The notes under the pieces: model-generated | Databases searched by the model: none | What the model saw: only the letters and a program-made list of their open reading frames with translations | What the model was told of the DNA's origin: nothing | NCBI GenBank assembly: GCA_963762125.1 | Contig: CAVXJO010000001.1 | Location: 315,940 to 379,939 of the forward strand | Direction: 5' to 3' | Origin: an uncultured Thermoleophilia bacterium | GTDB lineage: Bacteria > Actinomycetota > Thermoleophilia > UBA2241 | Length of the DNA: 64,000 bases | Program-made: the position numbers and the translations under genes | Shown: positions 1-8,468 of the stretch, in pieces | Layout of the letters: each line of letters starts with the position of its first letter | Position numbering within the stretch: the stretch's first letter is position 1

Positions 1-1556
1 ATCTGTTTCTGCGTCATGCCCAGGGTGGCGACCACGACATCGGGCATCCGGAGGGCGCTCAGAGCGCGCAGCAGATCGGACCAGCGCATCGTCCAGATGA
101 CGAGGAGGGCGAAGCCCGCCGCGGCCACGACGCGGGTCACCAGCGTGGCGACCCCGAGTAGACCCGGCGCCGTGAACGTGAAGGGGCCGACGGTCGCGAC
201 GGCGCGACCGGGAGTGAACCAGGAGAGCGCGGACGGCAGGGCGATGAGGATGGCCAGCAGCCCCGCCGAGAACCAGACCTTGCGGATGAACGAGAGCACG
301 GGCACCCGAGACGCCGCGGCAAGGATCACGGTCAGGACGACGAAGGCCACCAGCGCCGCGATGGAGTGCACGAGGCTGACGGCCACGGCGAAGAGCACCA
401 GCGTCACCAGCTTGATGCGCGGGTCGACGCGTTGCAGCAGGCCCGGCCGGGCGGCGATCGCCTCGTTCTCGAGGACGTCGGTGACCGAGCGCGCGATGGA
501 ATCCGCGGTCTTGCGCGCCAGCGAGCGTCCCCGGTGGGCGCGCCCGTGCGCCGTGGGCGACGCGCCGGCCTCATCCGCGCCGTGGCGACGCGCGAGGAGC
601 ACCGCCGCCCCCCAGGAGACGCCGACGACGAGCACGACCCCGACGATGCCGGCTAGGAGGTAGCCGACGAACGTGTTGCCGACGCCCGGCGTCGCGTAGC
701 CGGCCATCGCCGCATCCCACGTGCCGCTGAGCCTGCCGAGGTCGCCCGGGACGTAGCCGAGCGCAACCTTGAGCTGCGCGCCGCTCCACTCGCCCCACGC
801 CGTGCCCGGCGCCAGCGCGCCCAACGGCGTCAGAAGAAGCAGCAGGGCGAGACCCGCCCAGAGCCAGCGCAGCGGCCGCGCCGCCGGCCGCGCCGCCAGC
901 AGTTCCGGCTGCGTGCGCGCGAGCGCGGCGAGGACGCCCATGGTGACCAGCGCCTCGATGGGGCCGAAGAAGAGCAGGTGCTCGAGCGCCATCGCCGGCA
1001 CGGCGACGTCGAGACGGTAAGGCGCATACAGCGCCTGGCCGCTGGCCGTGTGGGCGAGGTACGGCTGGATGCCGAAGAGGACGCCGGCGGTGACTGCTCC
1101 CGCGACGATGGCGACGTAGGCCGCGGCGCCGGCGGAAGCGATCCGGCGCGACGAAGACGGGTCTTCGCCGGCGAGAAGGCGGTAGACGTAGTAGCCGGCG
1201 AACGGCATGACGACGGCCATCGTGAAGCAGTTGGCGGCGAGGGCGGTGATACCGCCGTCGCCGAAGAGGCCGGCCTGGACGACCAGCGCGATGGAGATCG
1301 CGAGCACCGCGGCCCACGGTCCGAGCAGGATCGCGATGAGCGTCGCGCCCACCGCGTGGCCGGTCGATCCGCCGATGACGGGGACGTTGAACATCATGAT
1401 GACGAACGAGAAGGCCGCGCCCAGGGAGAGCAGTGGGATCTGCTTGGCCTTCAGCGTCCGCTTGACCTTGCGCGTGGCGGCGACCCAGATGGGCAGCATG
1501 ACGAGCCACAGGACGAGATATGTCTGTGGCCCGAGGTAGCCGTCGGGGATGTGCAT
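1..1556 (-). CDS. Fused ECF-type Ni/Co transporter NikM(CbiM)-NikN-like-NikQ(CbiQ/EcfT); 3' end is beyond the left edge
   Basis: Hand translation from ATG 1556 gives MHIPDGYLGP (NikM/CbiM signature), GGSTGHAVG, then AWGEWS (NikN-like), then LLQRVDPRIKL...LLRALSALRMP (CbiQ/EcfT). The frame stays open to position 1. It is absent from the ORF track because it has no stop in the window. Confidence 0.85.
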   Translation of the reverse strand, partial: MHIPDGYLGPQTYLVLWLVMLPIWVAATRKVKRTLKAKQIPLLSLGAAFSFVIMMFNVPVIGGSTGHAVGATLIAILLGPWAAVLAISIALVVQAGLFGDGGITALAANCFTMAVVMPFAGYYVYRLLAGEDPSSSRRIASAGAAAYVAIVAGAVTAGVLFGIQPYLAHTASGQALYAPYRLDVAVPAMALEHLLFFGPIEALVTMGVLAALARTQPELLAARPAARPLRWLWAGLALLLLLTPLGALAPGTAWGEWSGAQLKVALGYVPGDLGRLSGTWDAAMAGYATPGVGNTFVGYLLAGIVGVVLVVGVSWGAAVLLARRHGADEAGASPTAHGRAHRGRSLARKTADSIARSVTDVLENEAIAARPGLLQRVDPRIKLVTLVLFAVAVSLVHSIAALVAFVVLTVILAAASRVPVLSFIRKVWFSAGLLAILIALPSALSWFTPGRAVATVGPFTFTAPGLLGVATLVTRVVAAAGFALLVIWTMRWSDLLRALSALRMPDVVVATLGMTQKQ

Positions 1557-1592
1557 GGCCACCGTGGTCATGGTCGGCGGAGTCCCGGGTGG

Positions 1593-2054
1593 CTAGGCAC
1601 GCGGGTCGTCGTGGGTCGCCGGCCTCGCCGCGCGGCCTTTGACGCCTCGGCACTCACTGCAGAGGCCGAACGCAGTCACCTGGATCTGGTCGACGTCGAA
1701 GCCGCGCCGCCGGGTGAGCTCGTCGTGCACCGGCGCCAGCAGTTCGTCTCCGAAGTGCCCGACCACACCGCAGCGCGTACAGACGAAGTGGTGGTGGGTG
1801 GGTTCGGGCGAGACCTCGTAGTAGCAGGCGACGCCCTCGAGTCGCGTCTCGATGACGAGGTCGAGGCTGACGAGGAGCTCGAGCGTGCGGTAGACGGTGG
1901 AGACGTTGACGTCCGGCAGCGTGCGCCGCACCTCGTTCGCCACCTCCTCCGCCGTCATGTGGCGGCCGGCGTCACGCAGCACCTCCCAGATGAGGTTGCG
2001 CTGTGGCGTCAGACGGTAGCCCTGCTCGCGGAGCGTGGCACGTGCGTGGTGCAT
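1593..2054 (-). CDS. Fur-family metalloregulator (Fur/Zur/Nur)
   Basis: GYRLTPQR, STVYRTL, HHHFVCTRCG and C-terminal CSEC motifs. Start is ATG 2054 or GTG 2063. Confidence 0.92.
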   Translation of the reverse strand: MHHARATLREQGYRLTPQRNLIWEVLRDAGRHMTAEEVANEVRRTLPDVNVSTVYRTLELLVSLDLVIETRLEGVACYYEVSPEPTHHHFVCTRCGVVGHFGDELLAPVHDELTRRRGFDVDQIQVTAFGLCSECRGVKGRAARPATHDDPRA

Positions 2055-2061
2055 GGCAGCC

Positions 2062-2090
2062 ACGATAACGCACCTGCGAACCTATCGCAA
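2062..2090 (-). promoter_or_regulatory. sigma70-like promoter of the fur-nikMNQ operon (probably leaderless) overlapped by a 15-bp palindrome
   Basis: Minus strand reads TTGCGA-17 nt-TATCGT-7 nt-ATG. Palindrome TGCGA-ACCTA-TCGCA at 2075-2089 covers the -35 and spacer. Confidence 0.55.
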
Positions 2091-2229
2091 TAACGAGTCG
2101 TTCGTCACAGCGTCGATGCGCACAAGCGTCGCTCCCCCCGCCGTATGCATCGCGCATCATCACAGGCGCCGTAGCGTTAGTATCCCCACACGGGCGTGAG
2201 GCGCGCCCCCGACGGGTAGGGAGTCGCCC

Positions 2230-3198
2230 ATGAAAAGCTTCGTCACAGGCGGCGCGGGGTTCTTGGGTTCGGCGGTCGTGAGCCGGCTGCTGGCGCGCGG
2301 CGACGAGGTCGTCACCCTCGCGCGGTCGGATGAAGCGGTGACGAAGCTGACCCGCCTGGGAGCGCTTCCCGTCCGCGGTGACATCACCGACGCGCGGACG
2401 TTGGGCCAGTTGCTCACGGGCGTCGACCTCGTCTTCCACGTCGCCGACGACTACCGCGTGGGTATCAAAGAGTCGGAACACGAGGCGATGTTCCGCACCA
2501 ATGTGGATGGCACCATCAGCGTCCTCGACGCGGCGATCGCCGCGGCCGTCGGGAGGATCGTCTACGTCTCCACGGTAGGCGTGTTCGGTAACACGCACGG
2601 CAAGGTCGTGGATGAGACGTACGAACGACCGGACCGCGACTTCCTGAGCTACTACGACGCCACCAAGTACATGGCCCATCGCGTGGCCGTGGCGAGGGCG
2701 GCCGCCGGGGCGCCGCTCGTGATCGCCCTGGCCGGCGCCGTTTATGGTCCCGGCGATCTGAGTGAGCTCGGCGCCCTGATCGACCAGGTGGCGCGCGGCA
2801 AGTACACGATCCGCGCCTTTCCCGAGCTGGGCTTGACGATGAGCTATGTGGACGACGTCGCCGACGGCGTGGTGCTCGCCCAGAGCGAGGGCAAGCCCGG
2901 CGAGTCCTACATCCTGGGTGGCGAGATCACCAGGCTCGGCGTCGTCGCCGACGCCGTCGCGGACCTGACGGGACACAAGCGCGCCCGGCTCAAGGTGCCG
3001 TCGACGGTGTTCAGGGCGGCGACGCCGTTCGGCTCGCTCGTCGGCCGCGTGACCGGCACCGGCCCGAACCTGCACGAGGTGATCCGGGCGAGCAAAGGCG
3101 TCACGTACTGGGCGACGAGCGCGAGGGCGGAACGCGAGCTCGGATACACGCCGCGCAGCCTCGAGAAGGGGTTGGGCGAGCTTCTCGCTTCGCGCTGA
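2230..3198 (+). CDS. NAD-dependent epimerase/dehydratase (extended SDR)
   Basis: TGGAGFLG Rossmann motif and YDATK (YxxxK) catalytic motif. Confidence 0.9.
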   Translation: MKSFVTGGAGFLGSAVVSRLLARGDEVVTLARSDEAVTKLTRLGALPVRGDITDARTLGQLLTGVDLVFHVADDYRVGIKESEHEAMFRTNVDGTISVLDAAIAAAVGRIVYVSTVGVFGNTHGKVVDETYERPDRDFLSYYDATKYMAHRVAVARAAAGAPLVIALAGAVYGPGDLSELGALIDQVARGKYTIRAFPELGLTMSYVDDVADGVVLAQSEGKPGESYILGGEITRLGVVADAVADLTGHKRARLKVPSTVFRAATPFGSLVGRVTGTGPNLHEVIRASKGVTYWATSARAERELGYTPRSLEKGLGELLASR

Positions 3199-3201
3199 CT
3201 C

Positions 3202-3888
3202 CTACCGCGTGAAGTAGGCGATCAGCGCCTGCTCTTCCGCCGCTGAGACGGTCGCTCCCTGCTGGATCATGTTCTCGATGAGCGCCTGCGCCTCAGCTGC
3301 GCTGCCTGCGTGGTAGGACGTGGGGGCCTGATGGCAGGTGCCGCAGCGCGACTGGACAAGCGACGCCCCCTCGGCAGCATCCGCAGACGTCGGCGGCGCG
3401 GAAGGCGTGGTCGTCGCCTGACCCCCGCCATTCGCGGCTATCCCCGCGGCGTACCCCTGCACCAGCGTCTGCTTCTCCGCGTCGGTGAGCTTGGCGCCGG
3501 GGTGGATCATTACGTACTGGAGCGGCGGCATCTCGCCGTTGACGGCCTCCTGGATCGACTCGGCCGACGGCTGGCCGTCCCACGCCGAGAAGTTGAGCCG
3601 CGCGCGTCCACCATCGACGTCGTGTTGCACGAGCCAGGAGAAGGGGGCGATGTTCGTCGCCCACCACCACTTTGTCTCGTTGCTATGGCAGTCGTAGCAG
3701 GACTCCCTGGCGATGGCCTCGGCCTGCGGGTCGGCCCACGGGAACGGGTTGGTCGCCGGCTCATTGGAGTGGCTGGTGCGCCCGTAGGGCACGAACTGGA
3801 TGAGCACGAACACGACAACGGCGACGCCGATCGCCCAGAGCAGGATCCTCTTCCAGGAGCGCCCGTGGCGCCGGGTAGTGTGGGCCAT
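3202..3888 (-). CDS. Membrane-anchored diheme cytochrome c (Haem_bd domain plus C-terminal c-type heme domain)
   Basis: N-terminal TM followed by IQFVPY; CYDCHSNET...APFSWL...LNFS...MPP.QY (Haem_bd); second CGTCH. RBS GAGGGAG precedes ATG 3888. Confidence 0.85.
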   Translation of the reverse strand: MAHTTRRHGRSWKRILLWAIGVAVVVFVLIQFVPYGRTSHSNEPATNPFPWADPQAEAIARESCYDCHSNETKWWWATNIAPFSWLVQHDVDGGRARLNFSAWDGQPSAESIQEAVNGEMPPLQYVMIHPGAKLTDAEKQTLVQGYAAGIAANGGGQATTTPSAPPTSADAAEGASLVQSRCGTCHQAPTSYHAGSAAEAQALIENMIQQGATVSAAEEQALIAYFTR

Positions 3889-4122
3889 GTTCTCCCTCTC
3901 GCTGGCTGGTGGCTCGGAGCATTCTACCCGCCGGGAGTGGGGGGTGCGTCCCGACGGCTCCTGCCGGCCGGCGCCTCGGCCGGGGTCCGGATCGTGGTCG
4001 AGGCAGCCGGCCTCGTGCGGGTCCTCCGCCGAGGGCGTCTTGGATCGCCGCCGCCGTCTCGCCCGCTCAGCGTCTCGTCGGGTATGGTGGCGGCAGTAGG
4101 TTCCCAACGGGGAGGCAGTAGC

Positions 4123-4773
4123 GTGGACGCAGCTTCGCCGGAGCGCCGCTTCGCGGACGCGCTGGCAAAGGCGCGCGAGGAATGGGCCGCCGCGGACGCG
4201 GCGGCCTGCGCGGCGCGCGCCGGCTGCCGGCCGGTGCAGGGCGGCGTGCTCGTGCCTCTGTTCGGTGGCCGACACCTGGTCACGCACCCCGGCGGAGAGG
4301 TGACGACGCACGAGGCCGGCCACGACCCGGCTGCGCCGGGCGAGCCGGCCCACATCGCGGTCGCCATCCTGCTGCTGCACTACCTGCTGCTCGCCGACGG
4401 CACCCCACCGGCCGGCGCCTGGAGCGCCTACCGCGAACTGCCGGACGGCCTCTTCTATGCGGCTTCGTTCGCCGGGAGGGCCGAGGCGCCGCTCACGCGC
4501 GCGTTCGCAACCTCGGCTGCAGGACTCGATCTCTTCCGGGAGACCGCTCTCGCCGCCGGCGGCGACGCGCTCACGCTGGGTGACGCGTCGTTCCGCTTTG
4601 GCGCGCTGCCCCGGGTCGACGTCGCCGTACTCGTCTGGGCCGGCGACGATGAGGGGCCCGGGGAGGCCCGGGTGCTCTTCGACGCGAACGCGGGCCACTA
4701 CCTGCCGGCCGAGGACCTCGCCGGCCTCGGCGGCCAGCTCGCGCACCGGCTCGCCGGCGCTGCACGCGCGTAG
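4123..4773 (+). CDS. DUF3786 domain protein
   Basis: ILLLHYLL, YRELPDG..Y...F, LPRV...LVWAGDDE, LFDANA..YL..EDL match the family pattern. RBS GGAGG precedes GTG 4123. Confidence 0.8.
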   Translation: MDAASPERRFADALAKAREEWAAADAAACAARAGCRPVQGGVLVPLFGGRHLVTHPGGEVTTHEAGHDPAAPGEPAHIAVAILLLHYLLLADGTPPAGAWSAYRELPDGLFYAASFAGRAEAPLTRAFATSAAGLDLFRETALAAGGDALTLGDASFRFGALPRVDVAVLVWAGDDEGPGEARVLFDANAGHYLPAEDLAGLGGQLAHRLAGAARA

Positions 4774-4951
4774 ACGGACGGCGCCCCGCGTCTTCAGACG
4801 CCGCGTCCCGGTCCTCCCGGAGTGTCCTCGCGTCCCGCGTGCTCCGCGCGTGACCGCGCCTTCAGCGCGGAGCCGGACGTCAACGCCCGCTGTGATCGTG
4901 CCGTCTGGGTACCTTGCCTGTGTGACACCACGATGACAAAGGAGGCGTTCC

Positions 4952-5293
4952 ATGTACGTACGGATCGCTCGGTTCGAAGGCGGTACCATCGCCCAGATCG
5001 AGGAGGAGGGTGCGCGCATCCGCCGTGACATCGAAGCAGCGCGGCGGGGCGAGCCCGGTCCCGAGGTACCGTCGGAGCTCGCGCTGCTCGCCAGCCGCTT
5101 CGAGATGCTGGTCGACCGTGACCGGGGAGCGGTGGCGGTGCTCGTCTACGCCGAGACCGAAGACCAGGTCCGGGAGATCGATCGGATCATGGACGGGATG
5201 TCGCCATCCAGTGGGGGATGGGGCAAACGCGTGTCTGCGGAACTCTTCGAAGTCTTCTTCGATGAGGCGCCGGGGCTCGCGCAGGCGGCCTGA
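4952..5293 (+). CDS. Hypothetical protein (possible dimeric alpha/beta-barrel-like)
   Basis: AAGGAGG RBS, MYVRIARFEG start and coding-like codon usage. Confidence 0.65.
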   Translation: MYVRIARFEGGTIAQIEEEGARIRRDIEAARRGEPGPEVPSELALLASRFEMLVDRDRGAVAVLVYAETEDQVREIDRIMDGMSPSSGGWGKRVSAELFEVFFDEAPGLAQAA

Positions 5294-5303
5294 GGCAGGG
5301 GGT

Positions 5304-5341
5304 GGACGAAGGCAGGACGCGGAGGCGTCCCGCCTTCGTCC
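5304..5341. terminator. GC-rich hairpin between convergent genes
   Basis: GGACGAAGGCAGGACGC-GGAG-GCGTCCCGCCTTCGTCC: 17-bp stem with one mismatch. Confidence 0.65.
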
Positions 5342-5374
5342 GCGTCCGGGGGCTTTGACGCGCCGGCGGCCGCG

Positions 5375-6274
5375 CTAGCCGGTCTGCGCCGCGGTTCGCC
5401 GCCCGGCCACCAGGCCGCGCAGGGTGACGAGCGCCAGTGCACCGATGATGAGCGCCATGCCGGCGGCCTCGCCGGTGGAGGGGCGCTCGCCCAGCTGGAT
5501 CCAAGCCGCCGCCACGCCGATCACCGGCGTCGCCAGAGTGGCGATGCCGGCGGCCCCAGCCGAGAGGCGGCGCAGCCCGGACAGCCAGAGGAACCAGGCC
5601 AGCGCGTTGGCGAGGATCACGTTGTACAGCAGCGCCAGCGTGAACTGCGTCGTCCACTCCGGGCTGCCCTGCCACGTGAGCGCGGCGATGAGCACCAGCG
5701 GCAGCGAACCGAACAGCATCTGCCAGGTGGTGAGCGAGAGGACGTCGACGTCATGGCGCGCCTGCAGCCGCTTGACCACGACGGCGCTGGCGGCCCAGCA
5801 GAAACCACCGGCCACCGCCAGCGCGCTGCTGAAGGCGCCCCGCAGGTGCCAGGGCTCGATCACCAGGACCAGGCCGGCGAGGGCGAGCGCGACGGCGAGC
5901 CACTGCACGCCGCGCAGACGCTCGCCCAGGAACGCCCACGCCAGCAGCAGCAGCCAGAACGGCATCGTGTACGTCAGCACCGACGTCTTGCCGGCGCCGC
6001 CGCTGTCCAGTGCCCACATCAGCAGACCGACGAAGCCGGTGGTCTGCAGCAGCCCGATGACGATGGTGTAGCCGAGTGGCGGCGGCCGCAGAGGCCGCCG
6101 CAGCACGAGCAGCAGGGCGAACAGGCTGAGCGCGCCGAGGAACGTGCGCAGGGCCGAGAAGGTGAACGGCTGGGCGTACTCCAGCCCGATCTTCATGACC
6201 ACCCAGTTGTAGCCCCAGATCAGGGCGAGCAGGGCGAGCGCGAGGACGCCGAGGTCGCGGGCGCGGCGGTCCAC
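5375..6274 (-). CDS. EamA/DMT family transporter
   Basis: About 10 TM helices in two EamA repeats; WGYNWVVMK, LTYTMPFW, AWIQLGE. Confidence 0.9.
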   Translation of the reverse strand: MDRRARDLGVLALALLALIWGYNWVVMKIGLEYAQPFTFSALRTFLGALSLFALLLVLRRPLRPPPLGYTIVIGLLQTTGFVGLLMWALDSGGAGKTSVLTYTMPFWLLLLAWAFLGERLRGVQWLAVALALAGLVLVIEPWHLRGAFSSALAVAGGFCWAASAVVVKRLQARHDVDVLSLTTWQMLFGSLPLVLIAALTWQGSPEWTTQFTLALLYNVILANALAWFLWLSGLRRLSAGAAGIATLATPVIGVAAAWIQLGERPSTGEAAGMALIIGALALVTLRGLVAGRRTAAQTG

Positions 6275-6275
6275 G

Positions 6276-6539
6276 TCACCTGCGCGGGAACGACATGGCC
6301 GACCAGCCGAGGGCGAGCACGACGATCACCGCCATGCGCGCTGCGAACGACCAGTCCGCCTGCCACACGAGAAGGCCGATCATCCAGGGCAGGAACAGGA
6401 TCCAGACGGCGAGCTTGAGCGGCCACCAGAGGTCGGCGGTCGACCGCCAGATGCTGGTGAGCGTCTCCGGCGAGACGATCGCCAAGGCGATGAAGGCGCC
6501 CCACAGGCCGACCATGACGATGAAGAACAGCCGCTTCAT
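6276..6539 (-). CDS. Small membrane protein
   Basis: Three hydrophobic, Trp-rich segments; co-oriented between the EamA genes. Confidence 0.65.
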   Translation of the reverse strand: MKRLFFIVMVGLWGAFIALAIVSPETLTSIWRSTADLWWPLKLAVWILFLPWMIGLLVWQADWSFAARMAVIVVLALGWSAMSFPRR

Positions 6540-6614
6540 GCGGCCAGCATAACGTGCCCGGCGGTCCGCCCGTCACCCGGGCGCGCTCGTCCGTCGCCGC
6601 CGGGCGTCCGGCGG

Positions 6615-7556
6615 TCAGTCGGTGACCGGGCGCACTTCCGGCTCTTCGCCGGCAGCCGCCGTGCGCCGGCGGCTGGCGAGGAGCCCGTGGGCTGCGAGCA
6701 CCCCGAGGGCGAAGATGATGAGGAGCATGCCGACGCCTTCCACGAGCGTCGGTACTTCGCCGAGCTGGATCCAGGCCGCGAGCACGCCGACGACCGGGAT
6801 CGACAGTGTTCCCAGGCCGGCGGCGCCGGCGGGGAGCGCGTGCAGCGCGTACAGCCACAGGAACCAGGCGACGGCGTTCGCCAACACGACCGTGTACGCG
6901 AGGCCTCCGATGAAGCCGGCGGTCCACTCCGGCCCGCCGCTGTAGGTAAGTACGGCCAGAATGATCAGGGGGATGGAGCCGAACACCATCTGCCACGTCG
7001 TGAGCGAGAGGACGTCGACCGTGTGCCTGCGCTGCAGCAGCTTGACGACCAGTGCGCTCGCCGCCCACGACAGTCCGCCGAGCAGGGTGAGCAGGCCGCT
7101 GACGACACCGTCCAGTTCCCACGGCCGCACGACCAGCACGAGGCCGGCGAACGCCAGCCCCACTGCGAGCCACTGCACGCCGTGCAGGCGTTCGCCGAGG
7201 AAGATCCACGCGAGCAGCAGCAGCCAGAACGGCATCGTGTAGGTGAGCACCGAGACCTTGCCGGCGCTGGCGTCTTGCAGCGCCGTGATCACGAGCCCCA
7301 CGAACAGCGTGGTCTGCAGCAGGCCGATCAGGATCGTGCAGCCGAGCGGCGGGGGGCGCAGGGACCTGCGCAACGCGATCATGACCAGAAAGAGGCACGC
7401 GGCGCTGAGGGGTACGCGCAGCGCCGCGAAGGTCATCGCGTCCGAGTACTCCAGCGCGACCTTCGATGCGACCCAGCCGTAGCCCCAGACAGGGCCGAGC
7501 ACGACGAGGGCGAGGACGCCGAGGTCGCGGGTGCGTTTGGGGGAGGCGTCGGCCAT
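6615..7556 (-). CDS. EamA/DMT family transporter (paralog)
   Basis: Shares RDLGVLAL, LTYTMPFWLLLLAW and DVLSLTTWQM with 5375-6274. Start is ATG 7556 or 7565. Confidence 0.9.
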   Translation of the reverse strand: MADASPKRTRDLGVLALVVLGPVWGYGWVASKVALEYSDAMTFAALRVPLSAACLFLVMIALRRSLRPPPLGCTILIGLLQTTLFVGLVITALQDASAGKVSVLTYTMPFWLLLLAWIFLGERLHGVQWLAVGLAFAGLVLVVRPWELDGVVSGLLTLLGGLSWAASALVVKLLQRRHTVDVLSLTTWQMVFGSIPLIILAVLTYSGGPEWTAGFIGGLAYTVVLANAVAWFLWLYALHALPAGAAGLGTLSIPVVGVLAAWIQLGEVPTLVEGVGMLLIIFALGVLAAHGLLASRRRTAAAGEEPEVRPVTD

Positions 7557-7642
7557 GGCGTCCATGCTAGCCGACGTGGCCGCCGCACAGGCTGCCGGAC
7601 AATGGTCAGCCCCCGGCCTCAGGCGATATGCTTGCCACATAG

Positions 7643-7656
7643 TGAACGGCCATTCA
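7643..7656. promoter_or_regulatory. Candidate operator palindrome upstream of the SDR
   Basis: TGAACGGCCATTCA is a near-perfect 14-bp palindrome in the short divergent EamA/SDR intergenic region. Confidence 0.4.
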
Positions 7657-7679
7657 GCATTCGCCACGGGGGGAGGCGT

Positions 7680-8468
7680 ATGACGTCCGACATGAACGGC
7701 AAGACGGCGGTCGTGACGGGAGCCGCGGGCGGCGTGGGCGCGGCGGTCGCGCGGCGCTTCGCTGAGGCCGGCGCGACTCTGGTGCTGGGCGACCTGAACG
7801 CCGTCGCATTGGAGGATCTGTGCGGCCAGGTCGCGGCAATCAGCGAGGTCCACGGCGTGGCCTGCGACGTCACCAGCGTCGCCGACATCGAGAACCTCAT
7901 GACCGAGTCCGTGGAGGCGACGGGGCGTATCGACGTGCTCGTCAACACCGCCGGCCTCTGGGTCGAGGGCCCCACCGAGACGATGACGGAGGCGGAATGG
8001 GACCGGGTCGTCGACGTCAACCTCAAGGGCACGTTCTTCGCCTGCAGCCGGGCGATCCCTGAGCTGAAGAAGACCGAGGGCTGCATCATCAACCTGAGCT
8101 CGGACGCCGGCGTGGTGGGGACGCCGGAGACGGCGGTCTACACGGCGTCCAAGGGCGGCGTCAGCCTCCTGACCAAGTCGCTGGCACTGGAGCTCGCCCC
8201 GTTCCTGGTGCGCGTCAACGCCGTGTGCCCGGCCGACATCATGACGCCCATGCTGCAGTACCAGGCCGACACCTACGGAGGCGGCGATCCGGAGAGTTAC
8301 TTCAAGCGCCTGCTCGGGAGCTACGCCCAAGGCGAGAAGGCGCGCTTCATCACGCCGGAGGAGGTCGCCGAACTGATCTTCTTCCTCGCCTCGCCGCCAG
8401 CCGCTCCCATCACCGGCGCGACCATCTCCATCGACTTCGGCACCTCGGCGGGCTACGGCTACGCGTGA
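7680..8468 (+). CDS. Classical short-chain dehydrogenase/reductase
   Basis: TGAAGGVG, VLVNTAG, NLSS, YTASK and VRVNAVCP motifs; GGGAGG RBS. Confidence 0.93.
   Translation: MTSDMNGKTAVVTGAAGGVGAAVARRFAEAGATLVLGDLNAVALEDLCGQVAAISEVHGVACDVTSVADIENLMTESVEATGRIDVLVNTAGLWVEGPTETMTEAEWDRVVDVNLKGTFFACSRAIPELKKTEGCIINLSSDAGVVGTPETAVYTASKGGVSLLTKSLALELAPFLVRVNAVCPADIMTPMLQYQADTYGGGDPESYFKRLLGSYAQGEKARFITPEEVAELIFFLASPPAAPITGATISIDFGTSAGYGYA

Noticed and set aside
3889-5031. 609-aa ORF extending the cytochrome upstream
   Set aside because: The extension is antisense to DUF3786 and Arg-rich. The real start is ATG 3888 with an RBS and an upstream TAGAAT.
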